From a virus, in IMG/VR virus record IMGVR_UViG_3300042691_032880, positions 61,115-125,114 of that record: a DNA stretch of 64,000 nucleotides; one strand, 5' to 3'. Under the pieces are notes generated by a model. The model was given only the letters and a program-made list of their open reading frames with translations, had not been told where the DNA came from and did no database searches. Shown here piece after piece: positions 18,769 to 29,680 of the stretch (positions are counted from its first letter, which is position 1; each line of letters opens with the position of its first letter). The position numbers and the translations under genes were made by a program.

Positions 18769-20946
18769 TTAGATAACTACCCCTTTAAGTGTACAAGTCG
18801 AAGTTGTAAAACTTACTCTTACATTGAATGGCACGCCAGGATCATTATAATTCCGTCCTAAATTCCATTGTCCAGGAACGTCATACAAATCTCCAGATTG
18901 GTCTTCATATAGCGCCCATGTCGTACCACCATCTGTAGATATTTCAAGAGCTGCTTTTAGTACTGCGGGTGCAGGAACAGCTGCAGGAAAAGTAGCTGTA
19001 ACCGTAAATGCACCTGCAACTGGACCAACCAGTATAGTATTGCACAATGAATTCCAGGTCAATGCCGATGCATCCCAGAAATAAGGACCATCTGCTCCAA
19101 CATATAATTCAACAATACCTTCATCACAAGGTTCTGCAAAGTCCACATCAAGACCTACCCAAAGTACATTATCACCAGGACAAGATGCAAAACTGTGGTA
19201 TACCACCTGATTGGTGTCAGGATCGACCACTGGTCTACAAGGATTGAGTGAGGTAAGTGTTACATTGGCAAACTCAGTGGTTCCATCTGTAGGGGCAAAT
19301 GCACGAACTACATTGTCAACGGTATACATCAACTTGTTGAACATAGGGATGTATATGATGTTGACAGGAGCACCTACCCAAGGATATGTTGTAAATACCG
19401 AATCAGTATATGGACCAGAAGTAAGATACTCTAAAAGATAGAAATTAGTATTGCCTACATCTTGATATGTGGCAAACATCCTATCTGATCCTGGTGTACC
19501 ATCTCCTGGATAATAAGCAATTGAAAACTGACTACCATTGGCACTACCTACCTTAGGAATATATCCAAAGCTGTTGGCAATCGTAGCTACCAAAAGATGC
19601 GTGGTTCCATTGTATACCCGAATATCATCAGGTGCTTGATTGATAACCCACATTTCATCATTGGCTGTATTAAAGGCGGCAGACGAAAACGAGTATCCTA
19701 GGAGACCTACCTGCGTATCAGTATTCAAGTCCACTATGTAGGAATCCCCTAGGTTATTGGGTATATACGCAATATTGGTAACAGGATGTATGAATATGTC
19801 CCTGACAAATGTGGTAAACGCACCAATAGGTCCTAAGTCCCCGCATATGTTATAGGTGATGGTATAAGTCAATGGATCCAACCTATGCACCCTTCTCCAT
19901 GTGGATACTCCTGGATTACTGAGATTACTTGTAAAATATATGTAACCATCTACTGGAGAATACGCTATTCCTGTAGGTTCTATGGTTATGTTTAATGCAG
20001 GATTTGCATTATAAGGAAGGGTGATTGTTGTTAAAACAGCGTATGTGGTATTGTCAAATACGGTGATTGTAGAAGCAAGTCCTGGAGGATTATCGTAAAC
20101 AAATGTTTTTGCAGAAGCTACAATCATACCCCTGTCTATGATTGATCCTCCTGGAACACTTGATGGGGAACATGCCGCGGCTTCCTGTTCAAATATGCTT
20201 CCAATCACACCGCCAGTGATCCTTACCAATAGATTGCTTGTGTCATCCACATACCATCCATCTGCTCCAGGATTGCTTACAAAGTCAACTACGTCAACCA
20301 AATCACAGGTTTCGCAAAGAACTCCTTCTAACAGTGTAGAACAAGGACTACTGGAATTTATGGTTACTTGTACGGGTGTAGGTGTACCCGATGGTCCATA
20401 AAAATTATACTCAATGACTGTATAGTGGTTAATTTCATATGTGATTCCAGGCAGTATTGCAGGCGATACTATACTATGAGTATACATTGGATACGTACCA
20501 GGATTTGCTCCCCAATATGTTGTAATAGTAGCAATAGGTATTGTTATAGAGGAATAAGGACTTGTTGATCCCTGCTCCCTATACTCAATCCTATATTCCT
20601 TTACAGAATCACCACTTGTCTGCGGAACATAACACTCCCATTCAACATCTATATTACTTCCATCAAATGCAGCAGTAAAAGGACTACATACGAAGTTGCA
20701 CAAATACCTGATACCTCCAAATTCAAATGTAGCGTCTTCACATACTGTTTCCAGTATGACAGTGTACATCCGATGTGTCTCCAGAGGTGGCATAGTGTAA
20801 GTATGCGTCACCCCTGGAGCAAGATTCGGAAGTGTTGCCAGCACTGTATAAGTGGTTGCATTGTTGGCTTTGTATTTTATCCGTATGGTTTCCGATGAGA
20901 TTCCACCGATTACAAAGCTTATGGTATATGTTGTTGTTGCTGACAT
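18769..20946 (-). CDS. FN3-like plus beta-propeller virion protein
   Basis: 725 aa; FN3-like N-terminus and YVTN-like blades (PTGIAYSPVDGYIYF). Confidence 0.55.
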   Translation of the reverse strand: MSATTTYTISFVIGGISSETIRIKYKANNATTYTVLATLPNLAPGVTHTYTMPPLETHRMYTVILETVCEDATFEFGGIRYLCNFVCSPFTAAFDGSNIDVEWECYVPQTSGDSVKEYRIEYREQGSTSPYSSITIPIATITTYWGANPGTYPMYTHSIVSPAILPGITYEINHYTVIEYNFYGPSGTPTPVQVTINSSSPCSTLLEGVLCETCDLVDVVDFVSNPGADGWYVDDTSNLLVRITGGVIGSIFEQEAAACSPSSVPGGSIIDRGMIVASAKTFVYDNPPGLASTITVFDNTTYAVLTTITLPYNANPALNITIEPTGIAYSPVDGYIYFTSNLSNPGVSTWRRVHRLDPLTYTITYNICGDLGPIGAFTTFVRDIFIHPVTNIAYIPNNLGDSYIVDLNTDTQVGLLGYSFSSAAFNTANDEMWVINQAPDDIRVYNGTTHLLVATIANSFGYIPKVGSANGSQFSIAYYPGDGTPGSDRMFATYQDVGNTNFYLLEYLTSGPYTDSVFTTYPWVGAPVNIIYIPMFNKLMYTVDNVVRAFAPTDGTTEFANVTLTSLNPCRPVVDPDTNQVVYHSFASCPGDNVLWVGLDVDFAEPCDEGIVELYVGADGPYFWDASALTWNSLCNTILVGPVAGAFTVTATFPAAVPAPAVLKAALEISTDGGTTWALYEDQSGDLYDVPGQWNLGRNYNDPGVPFNVRVSFTTSTCTLKGVVI

Positions 20947-20952
20947 CGTATG

Positions 20953-22062
20953 TTATGCTACTGATACACCTGTAATTGTTGGAGGATCGCAAACTACTAC
21001 ACCTGTAATTTCAAAGGTTTCAGAAATTTCCACACCAATACATGGAGGCAATTGAGTACATACAGGCTCTACATATACTGTATAAGTGTCATTTACTACT
21101 CCACCTGTACATCCATAGCTAAATGGGGTGGCATTTCCAGGCGTAGCGATTGGTATGAATGTAGGACCATAGATTGTCAATGGAGATGTTGTTCCTTGTG
21201 TAATTGTCACATTGTAACCTTGTGGTGCAGGTTGTCCAGGAGCAATTGTGTATACAATATCAAAATCAATACAATCATTTACACCAGGTTCAAAAACAAG
21301 ATTGATCAAAACTTCATCACAATCACAAGAAGGAGATGTGTTTGTACGGAAAAACCATGATCCGTTTGGACATGATTCGCCTTCATCGGTATAAGCATTG
21401 ATGAACAGTTGATACCTTGAGTCAGAAATCAAAGGACCAAACCCTGGTAAGGTATTGGTATTGATTGTAACATTTTGGTTACCAACAGGAGCTACGTACC
21501 CAGTATATGTAGTAGTCGTTGGAGGCAAAACACTTGTATTTACAAACGTGAAATCATATGTAACACCCGCTTCAGCATAAAATGTAAAAGATACATTAGT
21601 CAAGCCTATCGGATTAAATACTACCTGATCCACTGTAAGATTAGGATCACATGGTACATCGCAAACGCAACTGCATACGAGATTACAGAAAATCTGACTT
21701 ACAGGATGATTTGGATTTGCCTGGATTACCTGCAACATTCCTGCGATAAAATCTGGATTGAATGCGCAATTCTGCGGACTCATCATATTTGTAAGAATCG
21801 TATGCAGCGACTGTCCTTGTGTTATGGTAAGTCCAAGAGGCACTGCTGGATTCTGCGGAACAGGTTGACCGTTGTCTAAAACAAGTGAGCCATCAACACC
21901 ATACTCGTAGAACTGAGAAGTACACTCTTCATTCAGTAGATTATTAGTGACACATTCCGTAGGAACCAACTCCTCGCAAGCTGGTACAGGACATGTAGGT
22001 GGCGGAGCGACAGGAGTAGTCGCCGTTATGTTGCAAGGTTCGCAATTGGTGTTGTTTGCCAT
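20953..22062 (-). CDS. Cys-rich structural protein
   Basis: 369 aa; CPVPACEELVPTECV and FCNLVCSCVC motifs. Confidence 0.55.
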   Translation of the reverse strand: MANNTNCEPCNITATTPVAPPPTCPVPACEELVPTECVTNNLLNEECTSQFYEYGVDGSLVLDNGQPVPQNPAVPLGLTITQGQSLHTILTNMMSPQNCAFNPDFIAGMLQVIQANPNHPVSQIFCNLVCSCVCDVPCDPNLTVDQVVFNPIGLTNVSFTFYAEAGVTYDFTFVNTSVLPPTTTTYTGYVAPVGNQNVTINTNTLPGFGPLISDSRYQLFINAYTDEGESCPNGSWFFRTNTSPSCDCDEVLINLVFEPGVNDCIDFDIVYTIAPGQPAPQGYNVTITQGTTSPLTIYGPTFIPIATPGNATPFSYGCTGGVVNDTYTVYVEPVCTQLPPCIGVEISETFEITGVVVCDPPTITGVSVA

Positions 22063-22087
22063 GGTAGTTATTATTCGTAAATATTAA

Positions 22088-25000
22088 TTAGAAATCTATG
22101 ATAATTGTTGAGTTTGGAATTGTACATACATAGTCTTCGGTAACCAATGCATTTTTACCTATGTACTTTGTATTTGTAGCAAGCCATGGTGCAGTTAAAA
22201 AGTTTGTACCTGAACTACCCACACTTGTTATATTGGTTATGGTATTGGGTACGTTACAGGAATAAGTTGAAGCCAATGCTGGAGTATAACCTAGTATTTG
22301 ACCAGCAGCTCTTGCATTTATTGCTCCACCTGCAACTTTTTTAATTGTCAAATACTGGAATACAGCTGCACCATAATCAGCATCACATGTAGTACCAGGA
22401 TTGACAATGTAATCAGCACTTGTAGCACCTACTATAAGAGCAGCAGCTGGCAATATAAAAGTGTAACTCATAATGTAGGTACCTCCAACATTCAAATATT
22501 GATTTGCTGAATTATCCCATGGTTTTACAGCACAATGCCATGTAAATTCATAATCTGAAGTATTTATATTTCCAGACGTACTGTTGTTAATACGAATTTT
22601 AAGGTCTCCCAAAGTCATTTGATGAAACTTCGGACTTAAGTCGACTTTGTAATTGTTAGGATTATACCTGATTATGAAAGGATATGTACTGTATGGATAT
22701 GTTGTTCCGATAGGAGTTATTCCAGGATTTGGATTTGTAGTCTGGGTATTAAATGGACTACCCACAGGAACATTTGTACTGAAAGTCAAACTTGGATCAA
22801 CCAATGTATCCGTAAAGTATGGATTTCCAAGAGAATCCAATATAGGACTAACTGCTTGAGTAGAAGGATTCTTGTAAAGATATTCCACACTATATCCCCT
22901 ATACTCACCTAATGTGTATTCTCTTCCTGTAAGACTTTGACCACCAACAGGGTAACTTCCATATGGATCAATTGCTATACCGCAATAACAGAACTTCTTA
23001 GGTACTACTGGAGAACTCTGGGTATTTGCCCATACCGCTTGGACAGGAGCAAATTCAAACTGAGTAAGATTTGCACCTACTGGAAGATCCACTGCAAAGG
23101 TGGCAGGACCTCCAGGACCAGTTGTAGTTGATGGTCTATTCGGTGCGAGAGCATTTGATATTATATTGTAAACTGAAATAGACCATGTAGCTGCAAATAC
23201 CGCAGAAGCTGGACTAGTTGTAGTTCCTTGTTGTAAACTTACAGTTACAAGAATTGGAGAATCGTAATTCAAAATAGTGTAATCGGATTGACCGCAAGGA
23301 TAATTAGCATATAGCACCACCGCATATTCCTTATTATTTTCCAAATAGAACTCAGGAACCTGATAACCCTGGTTTATAATGTCAGTTATGCTGACATTTA
23401 AGTTCTGGGTAGCTACCGTCCAAGTATTAGGATCGTTTGGGTTGAACGTAGAATTCACCTCCACTACTTTTGCAGTAAAGTTTTGCAAAGCATCAACGCA
23501 AGCATTACCAGTACTACCGCCTGTTGTTAAAGGTGTTATATCCACATATTGATTCTCAATGACATAAGAAACAACTGCAGGAAGAGGTGCAGGAACGGTA
23601 CTCCATGCTGCATTTACCGTAACCACGTCATTTGGACCAACTGCTACTATATTGGTTATGTACCTACATTGAGTCTGACCACCTCCAGAAACGGTAATAA
23701 TATAATCCTGTAATGCTGGCCAACCACCTACACTTGTAAATGGATTACCTGCCATTGTAAGCGTACTTGCACCTACTGCCGTAGTATTTCCTGTTGAAAT
23801 AACACCTACGGGTACACTTGCTGGAAAAGATACACCTGTAATTACAGCATCAAGTCCTGTACCGCTATCACCAGTTGTTGTCACAATTGCATCACAACTA
23901 TATGGAGTTGGTGCACAACATTCGTAAACAAAACCATCTGTTTGGTTGAATTCACAATCGGTGTATGCAAGATTATAGAATACCCTATACGTAAATAAGA
24001 TATTTATTGTCTGGTTAGGAGAAGTCTTATCATAACCTGCAAATATCGGATTGGTAAAATCTATTCGATATCCATTGCTTGTTGCATTTGATATAAGTGC
24101 CCAGTAATTGATAGGTTGACCCGTATCAATGGTTACAGTAACCGTTCCGTCATTCAATACCAATAATACATTGCTTTGGTTTAAAGCTCCTCCTGGAAAT
24201 ACAGTAGTAACCCAAGCTGGAAATACACCTCCTGGAATTGATACAAATGGCGATGTAGGATCAGGTGGTACATTCGGATCAGAATAAACAACTGGACTTG
24301 ATGGATTATTAAAAGTCAAATCGACATAATCACCAAGAGGATCCCAAACCAGATCATAACCTACTTTCATATAGTTACATAAGGAGAAACAACATCCATT
24401 AAGAATGTCGGAAACAGCTTCCCTCATATCACATATAGTCAACCATGCATTATTAAGACTATCTGCAAGAGTAATCGGACTACCTATCCATCCAGATATG
24501 CCAGACATAACTCCACCTGATGAAAGACGTTCTTGATTGTCAAGATCAGGACACTGTTTTGCAACAGCGTTTTCTATATCATCAGGAGTCCCTATTGCAT
24601 TCTTGAGCTTACAATAGTCTTTTTCCAACCAACTATACGCCAACTGGACACTAACAGGCTCACCTTCATTCAGAGTATAATCATAAGTACAGGTAGGCAA
24701 TACCAGCGAATTACAATTATTGGCACAGTTATCCAATGCAAACCACAGATCTTCAATTTGTTGATTTATATTGGCAACTGAACTTTGTAAAGTCGTTATG
24801 TCAATAAGCATCGAACATACTATTGTAGCCACAAACTCTGCAAATGGAACAACAGGAATCGTATTGGTTGCAGAGTCCCATTCAGGAAGAAGAGTGACAT
24901 CATAGGTTGGATTTATAGTTCCTCTAAGACAACTTGATTCGGGAACTGTAACTGTCAGAATAGGACACTCCTCACCTTCCAATTCAACCACACGGTCATT

Positions 25001-25306
25001 CAATGCACATACTTTTGAGATTATCGCTGAAAAGACCTCCTGCAATGTAGGACTTGTTCCCAAACCGACATTAGGACCTCCTGGTACCTGGTTTATACAG
25101 GTGTTGATTCCTTCTAGACCCAATTCATCAATGATCTGACAAAGCTTAGTAGCAATCGCATATAGCGTTACTTCAATGCTCTGACCTTTACAAAGGACTG
25201 TTCCATCAAGACATGTGAGTTCTGGACCATCCCAGGTCACACACTTTGTGGTAACAGGATTCAGACATTTGTTATTGGGTTTTATGTTTGAGCTTACTGG
25301 TTTCAT
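22088..25306 (-). CDS. Cys-rich tail-associated protein (paralogue of 25308-27110)
   Basis: 1072 aa; CVTWDGP..C..C.G N-terminus and NNAWLTICDMR segment shared with the neighbouring gene. Confidence 0.6.
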   Translation of the reverse strand: MKPVSSNIKPNNKCLNPVTTKCVTWDGPELTCLDGTVLCKGQSIEVTLYAIATKLCQIIDELGLEGINTCINQVPGGPNVGLGTSPTLQEVFSAIISKVCALNDRVVELEGEECPILTVTVPESSCLRGTINPTYDVTLLPEWDSATNTIPVVPFAEFVATIVCSMLIDITTLQSSVANINQQIEDLWFALDNCANNCNSLVLPTCTYDYTLNEGEPVSVQLAYSWLEKDYCKLKNAIGTPDDIENAVAKQCPDLDNQERLSSGGVMSGISGWIGSPITLADSLNNAWLTICDMREAVSDILNGCCFSLCNYMKVGYDLVWDPLGDYVDLTFNNPSSPVVYSDPNVPPDPTSPFVSIPGGVFPAWVTTVFPGGALNQSNVLLVLNDGTVTVTIDTGQPINYWALISNATSNGYRIDFTNPIFAGYDKTSPNQTINILFTYRVFYNLAYTDCEFNQTDGFVYECCAPTPYSCDAIVTTTGDSGTGLDAVITGVSFPASVPVGVISTGNTTAVGASTLTMAGNPFTSVGGWPALQDYIITVSGGGQTQCRYITNIVAVGPNDVVTVNAAWSTVPAPLPAVVSYVIENQYVDITPLTTGGSTGNACVDALQNFTAKVVEVNSTFNPNDPNTWTVATQNLNVSITDIINQGYQVPEFYLENNKEYAVVLYANYPCGQSDYTILNYDSPILVTVSLQQGTTTSPASAVFAATWSISVYNIISNALAPNRPSTTTGPGGPATFAVDLPVGANLTQFEFAPVQAVWANTQSSPVVPKKFCYCGIAIDPYGSYPVGGQSLTGREYTLGEYRGYSVEYLYKNPSTQAVSPILDSLGNPYFTDTLVDPSLTFSTNVPVGSPFNTQTTNPNPGITPIGTTYPYSTYPFIIRYNPNNYKVDLSPKFHQMTLGDLKIRINNSTSGNINTSDYEFTWHCAVKPWDNSANQYLNVGGTYIMSYTFILPAAALIVGATSADYIVNPGTTCDADYGAAVFQYLTIKKVAGGAINARAAGQILGYTPALASTYSCNVPNTITNITSVGSSGTNFLTAPWLATNTKYIGKNALVTEDYVCTIPNSTIIIDF

Positions 25307-25307
25307 A

Positions 25308-27110
25308 TTAATATATTCCGTTTGTCAATGAGAATGTACAACAGCATTTGCCACGTTCGCAATCCCTTTCACTGGTTCCTGGTTTGTAAGACAATATCAC
25401 TCCTCCATCTGATACATAAGCTACTCCAAAAAACGGACTAACAATTGTTACCTGATTGCTGGCTGGAATACCTACAACCAATGCATTTGTAAGATTGTAT
25501 CCTGCAGGTATTACTCCATAGATATCAACTCTATCATTTACTTGGAAAAAGTGATCTTTTGCAAGAGTGTAAGTTACCTGATTACCTACCGATGTAACAT
25601 TGGTAACCAAATTTGTATAACTGTAGTCAAAAGAAGCAGTTACTGATTTGATTGGAGCAGTAGTGTCAAAACCAGCAGGATAGTTTAAAACATATCCTGT
25701 TCCCAAAGGAAGAGACATCAACTGCATCGGGGTAAGATTGGTATCCTCAATGAAAGTATTTGTTCCGTCACTTAAAGTAAGAGTTACAGTAGTGATATCT
25801 GGATAATTGTAGGAAAACCAAGACGGCAATGCACCACTTGCATACAATGGTTGCAATCTTGACAAATCAAATATGTTTGAAAGATTGTAAGGCAGATATG
25901 GAAACGGAGGTGTGTATGCCTGTTGAAATACCAACTCTACAGAAGTAGATGAAGGATTTACATAAAAACCTACATCGAATGAAAAACATGGTGAGTTAAA
26001 ACAACAATTGCGAAGTATGTTCCTTATTGCAGAACGCATATCACATAATACCAACCAGAGATTGTTCAGACTCTGTCCTACATTTATAGGGTTTTCAATC
26101 CAACCGTATATATCTTTCATCAATCCAGTATTGGAAAGAGAAGGAAGATTGCTGAGATTGGGACAATCTCTTGCTATCGCATTCTGTAACTCCTGAGGAG
26201 TGCCTGTAAAGTTTTTGAATGAACAGAATGCTTTTTCTAGTTTTTCATAAGCTTCTTCAATCGGTATGGAGTTTGCTTCTACAGCAAACGCTCCAAATGG
26301 TCCAGGATTACCAACTGGACCTGGAAATATCGCACTAAGATTGGAAATGACAAAACTGTTTGCACTGATTGAAATGATTTCCTGAAGTGTTACATTGTAC
26401 AAATCAGGAGTCATCCCTGTTACATTAACCAAGTCACCTATTGCAAAATCGTGCGGGATACTTGTAAAATACTGAACAACTCCGTTAACTGGAATAATAC
26501 CAGCGGTAACTTGAAACTGGGTATTTGGAGAAAGACAAAACTGTGTAACAGGTGCAACAACTTGAGCACACTGGTTATTTATAGCTACAGTTAAATCTTC
26601 AATATTCGTCAGCAAGGGACTACCTGCTACAAATTCATCTTTTAAAGGTTCGATCTGCTGTATCTCTTCACATAGCTTCAAAGAAAGCACCTCCATATAC
26701 TCATCCAATGGAAGCTTTGTAACAGTAATGGTATCTGAAGCAATCTGTAAACAGTAAGGTAGATTGGCGGAATACGCTAATTCAGCCTTGTTTTCAAGAG
26801 TATTGATCCTGATGTTCTGATCACAGACCTTGGAAATGATAAGGTTTATCAGTTCAGGTATGGTATCGGGTGGACTTGCAAGCTCAAAAATACAGGAGGA
26901 GTCTATCCCCTTTATATTGGAAGCTTCTAGAAAGTTACAGAAGTTCTTAAAAGTATTGTAGATAATAGGGGTTATACTATCCCCTTGGCAAATCTGTATA
27001 CCAAGACACTCCGCTGAAATATTAGGACCATCCCATATTACACAGGATGAGTTTATTTCAGCATCACATTCTTTATGCTGGTTATTTACAGGTTTACCTA
27101 ACGGTTTCAT
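25308..27110 (-). CDS. Cys-rich tail-associated protein
   Basis: Likely start MKPLGK at 27110 (ATGA overlap); CVIWDGP, NNLWLVLCDMR; two H.F..(G/N)D.V...G..P..YN domains. Confidence 0.6.
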   Translation of the reverse strand: MKPLGKPVNNQHKECDAEINSSCVIWDGPNISAECLGIQICQGDSITPIIYNTFKNFCNFLEASNIKGIDSSCIFELASPPDTIPELINLIISKVCDQNIRINTLENKAELAYSANLPYCLQIASDTITVTKLPLDEYMEVLSLKLCEEIQQIEPLKDEFVAGSPLLTNIEDLTVAINNQCAQVVAPVTQFCLSPNTQFQVTAGIIPVNGVVQYFTSIPHDFAIGDLVNVTGMTPDLYNVTLQEIISISANSFVISNLSAIFPGPVGNPGPFGAFAVEANSIPIEEAYEKLEKAFCSFKNFTGTPQELQNAIARDCPNLSNLPSLSNTGLMKDIYGWIENPINVGQSLNNLWLVLCDMRSAIRNILRNCCFNSPCFSFDVGFYVNPSSTSVELVFQQAYTPPFPYLPYNLSNIFDLSRLQPLYASGALPSWFSYNYPDITTVTLTLSDGTNTFIEDTNLTPMQLMSLPLGTGYVLNYPAGFDTTAPIKSVTASFDYSYTNLVTNVTSVGNQVTYTLAKDHFFQVNDRVDIYGVIPAGYNLTNALVVGIPASNQVTIVSPFFGVAYVSDGGVILSYKPGTSERDCERGKCCCTFSLTNGIY

Positions 27111-27352
27111 AGTGTGTTTATCCGCTCCTTGACCTTGGTATAAGAACAATTACAATAGCACTGACAAGCATCCTCAGAACATGAAGTCATTTGCAGAAGG
27201 AACTTAAGATCAGCTAGATACATATAATCGTATCCTATACGGCATGTATTCATTCCGTAATGGTCATTTCGGTATCTATTGAGTGCTTCGTTACCCATCA
27301 GAATCATAATCTTATCTTCTGTGGATGTTGCCTGTGTTATTGTACAACTCAT
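27107..27352 (-). CDS. Small Cys-rich protein
   Basis: 81 aa, coupled by ATGA overlaps at both ends. Confidence 0.6.
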   Translation of the reverse strand: MSCTITQATSTEDKIMILMGNEALNRYRNDHYGMNTCRIGYDYMYLADLKFLLQMTSCSEDACQCYCNCSYTKVKERINTL

Positions 27353-27504
27353 TGCTTAGGTCTTAATGCTTTTGCTTTTATTTCCGCTTCCACCCTAGGA
27401 AGACATTTGGTACAACATTTTCTTCCATCAGAAGCTGTTGTAATTCTGGCACCCGCACATCCAGTACAAGGGATACCACAGTTGGGACATGATACTTTAG
27501 CCAT
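27349..27504 (-). CDS. Small Cys-rich protein (51 aa, not in ORF track)
   Basis: MAKVSCPNCGIPCTGCAGARITTASDGRKCCTKCLPRVEAEIKAKALRPKQ; stop overlaps the next ATG. Confidence 0.65.
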   Translation of the reverse strand: MAKVSCPNCGIPCTGCAGARITTASDGRKCCTKCLPRVEAEIKAKALRPKQ

Positions 27505-27529
27505 ATTGTTGTTGGTTTTACGTTGATTA

Positions 27530-28162
27530 TCAGCAGGTTGAGCAACAGGTTCTTTCCCAATTTGCCATTAATTTCAGCGCGTATTCATATAGTTTAATAC
27601 CTTCATTAGGAGCATGACATACTTCTACACGCGCTTTTGCAGAATCCAAATACATCTTGATGACATGTAATTGGTCAATCATCTCCTGGGTTTCTTTAGT
27701 AGGTAAACAGTCTGTTAAACGCAATTTGCATAGAAGGGATGCATATTGGTTCATCGCAACCGTGGTCCTAAGATAGTAGTATTCTACCTTAAGTTTATCA
27801 CAAGGTGCTACACAATAAGTAATTGTGTACAATCCATCAGATAACGAGTTCAAAGTTTCCCCTGAATTTTGTACATGGAGAAATACATTATCAATTGTTA
27901 AATTGAACTTAGGAGTTCCACTATAAGGGGTAGGTGGGTAATTGTAGGTCGGAAGGATGTAATATTCATCATTCGGATCCAAGTTCGGATTAGGATTTGT
28001 TCCTTGACTAAAATAAACAGGTCCTGCGGTTCCAGGAACAGTTATAGCAAGCGTCGGACATGTGATAGGCATGTTCGCGTACAAACTTGTGTCAATAATG
28101 CTAAAGTTAGTAGGATTACACCCATCTACTATGTTCAGGGAAAGTTGATGCTTGATTGCCAT
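27530..28162 (-). CDS. Conserved crAss-like structural protein
   Basis: 210 aa; DTSLY..CPTLAITVPG, LSDGLYTITYCVAP; follows the auxiliary capsid gene. Confidence 0.55.
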   Translation of the reverse strand: MAIKHQLSLNIVDGCNPTNFSIIDTSLYANMPITCPTLAITVPGTAGPVYFSQGTNPNPNLDPNDEYYILPTYNYPPTPYSGTPKFNLTIDNVFLHVQNSGETLNSLSDGLYTITYCVAPCDKLKVEYYYLRTTVAMNQYASLLCKLRLTDCLPTKETQEMIDQLHVIKMYLDSAKARVEVCHAPNEGIKLYEYALKLMANWERTCCSTC

Positions 28163-28206
28163 AACTGACTGGTATTAATATAATTTAATCAATTTTTCAA
28201 AAATAT

Positions 28207-28245
28207 GAAAGGGGAAGGAGAGTATAAACTCTCACTCCCCCTTTC
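28207..28245 (-). terminator. Intrinsic terminator
   Basis: GAAAGGGG..GAGAGT/ACTCTC..CCCCTTTC stem downstream of the 445-aa gene. Confidence 0.6.
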
Positions 28246-28268
28246 GATACTAGGTTTAACTCTTATCC

Positions 28269-29606
28269 TTACAGGATTGGCGGAGTAGGACAAGCGCAGC
28301 TCAAGCCATTGATTGACTCCAAGGTCACACCGTTTCCACCAAGATCAATATACTCTTGCATGAACTCTTCGAACGCAGTGTTTTCACATGGGAACACAAT
28401 GGTAATCAGATACTGGTCATTGTCAAACACGCCTGTTGGGTTGTTGAAGCGAGGAACACTGTGGAGGATGTTGTACTCAGTGTATTGGTTGGTAGGCACC
28501 AATCCAGAGTTGGTAATAACATCCTGGTCCATAACTTCACGCAGACGTGGATCGTATACGTAGTTTTCTTGCATATAGCGACGGAATAGGATCAGGTCGC
28601 GGATGTAGCGATGTCCATATCCAGAACCCTGTTGAGCAAGATCAGTCTTCTCAATGCAGAAGATTTGGTCTACACAAGGATCGCCAAGTTGGTCAGTGAT
28701 AGAAGCATAGATCTTCACAGGCTCCAACTCATAGTGATCTTGTGGGTGGAAGGAACAGGTTCCAAACTGAGTATCTACATATGCACCATAAAGAGTGATA
28801 CAAGCACCAGTAAGGGTTGCAGGACTACCTCCTACTACACTAATATATTCAGCATACAAATCAGCTTTAGAAGGCTTGTCAGCAAGATTCACACTGTTTC
28901 CACCATTATCTGCCCACCATGTTTGGATATTGGTGTATGACCAAAGACCAGCATCACTGTTCAACTCAGGAGCAATGAACTGACTCATCCATGGATCAAA
29001 CAGGATCTGCCATGTCCAATCTACAAGAATACCAAATGAATCTGCAACACTCAGTGCTGTAGGAGCCAAAGGATCAGCAGGACAGCAATAGTTCTCAGAT
29101 GCAAATGTCTTGTAAGCATTGTGACTCAAGAAACGAAGAAGAGGAGAACCTTTGAGGTCAATACGCAAGTAGTAAGAAGTACCGCACTGAGGCTCAGCAC
29201 CTTCGCAGATACATACGTCTACTACTTCATTTTGAGGCTCGAAAGGACACTGCTTCCAGAACTTGGTCACATAGCGTGGGTTGATACCTTTGGTCTTTAC
29301 AGACTCTTGGTAACCACCAGCGAAAGGACCCAGCCTGTCTTTAGTATTGATTGAACCTTGTGCAAGATAGATCTGAGGAGCAGCAGCAATTGTAGGAGCT
29401 GCAGCATCTCCTTTAAGAACCACGTTTGCACCAATTGTACCATCACCAGGAGTAGCAGTGACAGCAGCAAGAGTACCAGGAGCAATTGCACCTGTACCAA
29501 TTGCACCTTGAAGACCAGTATACCAACCATTGGTGTAGTTGAGTGATACGGCTGTAGGATTCGTTCCTAGAAGAAGCTTCTGGAACGCATGATTAAAATA
29601 AGCCAT
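28269..29606 (-). CDS. Abundant structural protein (auxiliary capsid, crAss gene-73-like)
   Basis: 445 aa; MAYFNHAF N-terminus, YYLRIDLKGSP and ILHSVPRFNNPTGVFDNDQY; own promoter motif and terminator. Confidence 0.65.
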   Translation of the reverse strand: MAYFNHAFQKLLLGTNPTAVSLNYTNGWYTGLQGAIGTGAIAPGTLAAVTATPGDGTIGANVVLKGDAAAPTIAAAPQIYLAQGSINTKDRLGPFAGGYQESVKTKGINPRYVTKFWKQCPFEPQNEVVDVCICEGAEPQCGTSYYLRIDLKGSPLLRFLSHNAYKTFASENYCCPADPLAPTALSVADSFGILVDWTWQILFDPWMSQFIAPELNSDAGLWSYTNIQTWWADNGGNSVNLADKPSKADLYAEYISVVGGSPATLTGACITLYGAYVDTQFGTCSFHPQDHYELEPVKIYASITDQLGDPCVDQIFCIEKTDLAQQGSGYGHRYIRDLILFRRYMQENYVYDPRLREVMDQDVITNSGLVPTNQYTEYNILHSVPRFNNPTGVFDNDQYLITIVFPCENTAFEEFMQEYIDLGGNGVTLESINGLSCACPTPPIL

Positions 29607-29643
29607 TGTTTTGTTAGATTAAGTTATACATATAATTTACACT

Positions 29644-29652
29644 TATAATATA
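29644..29652 (-). promoter_or_regulatory. Putative late promoter motif TATATTATA (variant copy at 29631-29639)
   Basis: Upstream of the 29606 start. Confidence 0.55.
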
Positions 29653-29680
29653 AGGCATTTCTGCCTGATATCCAAATTTT

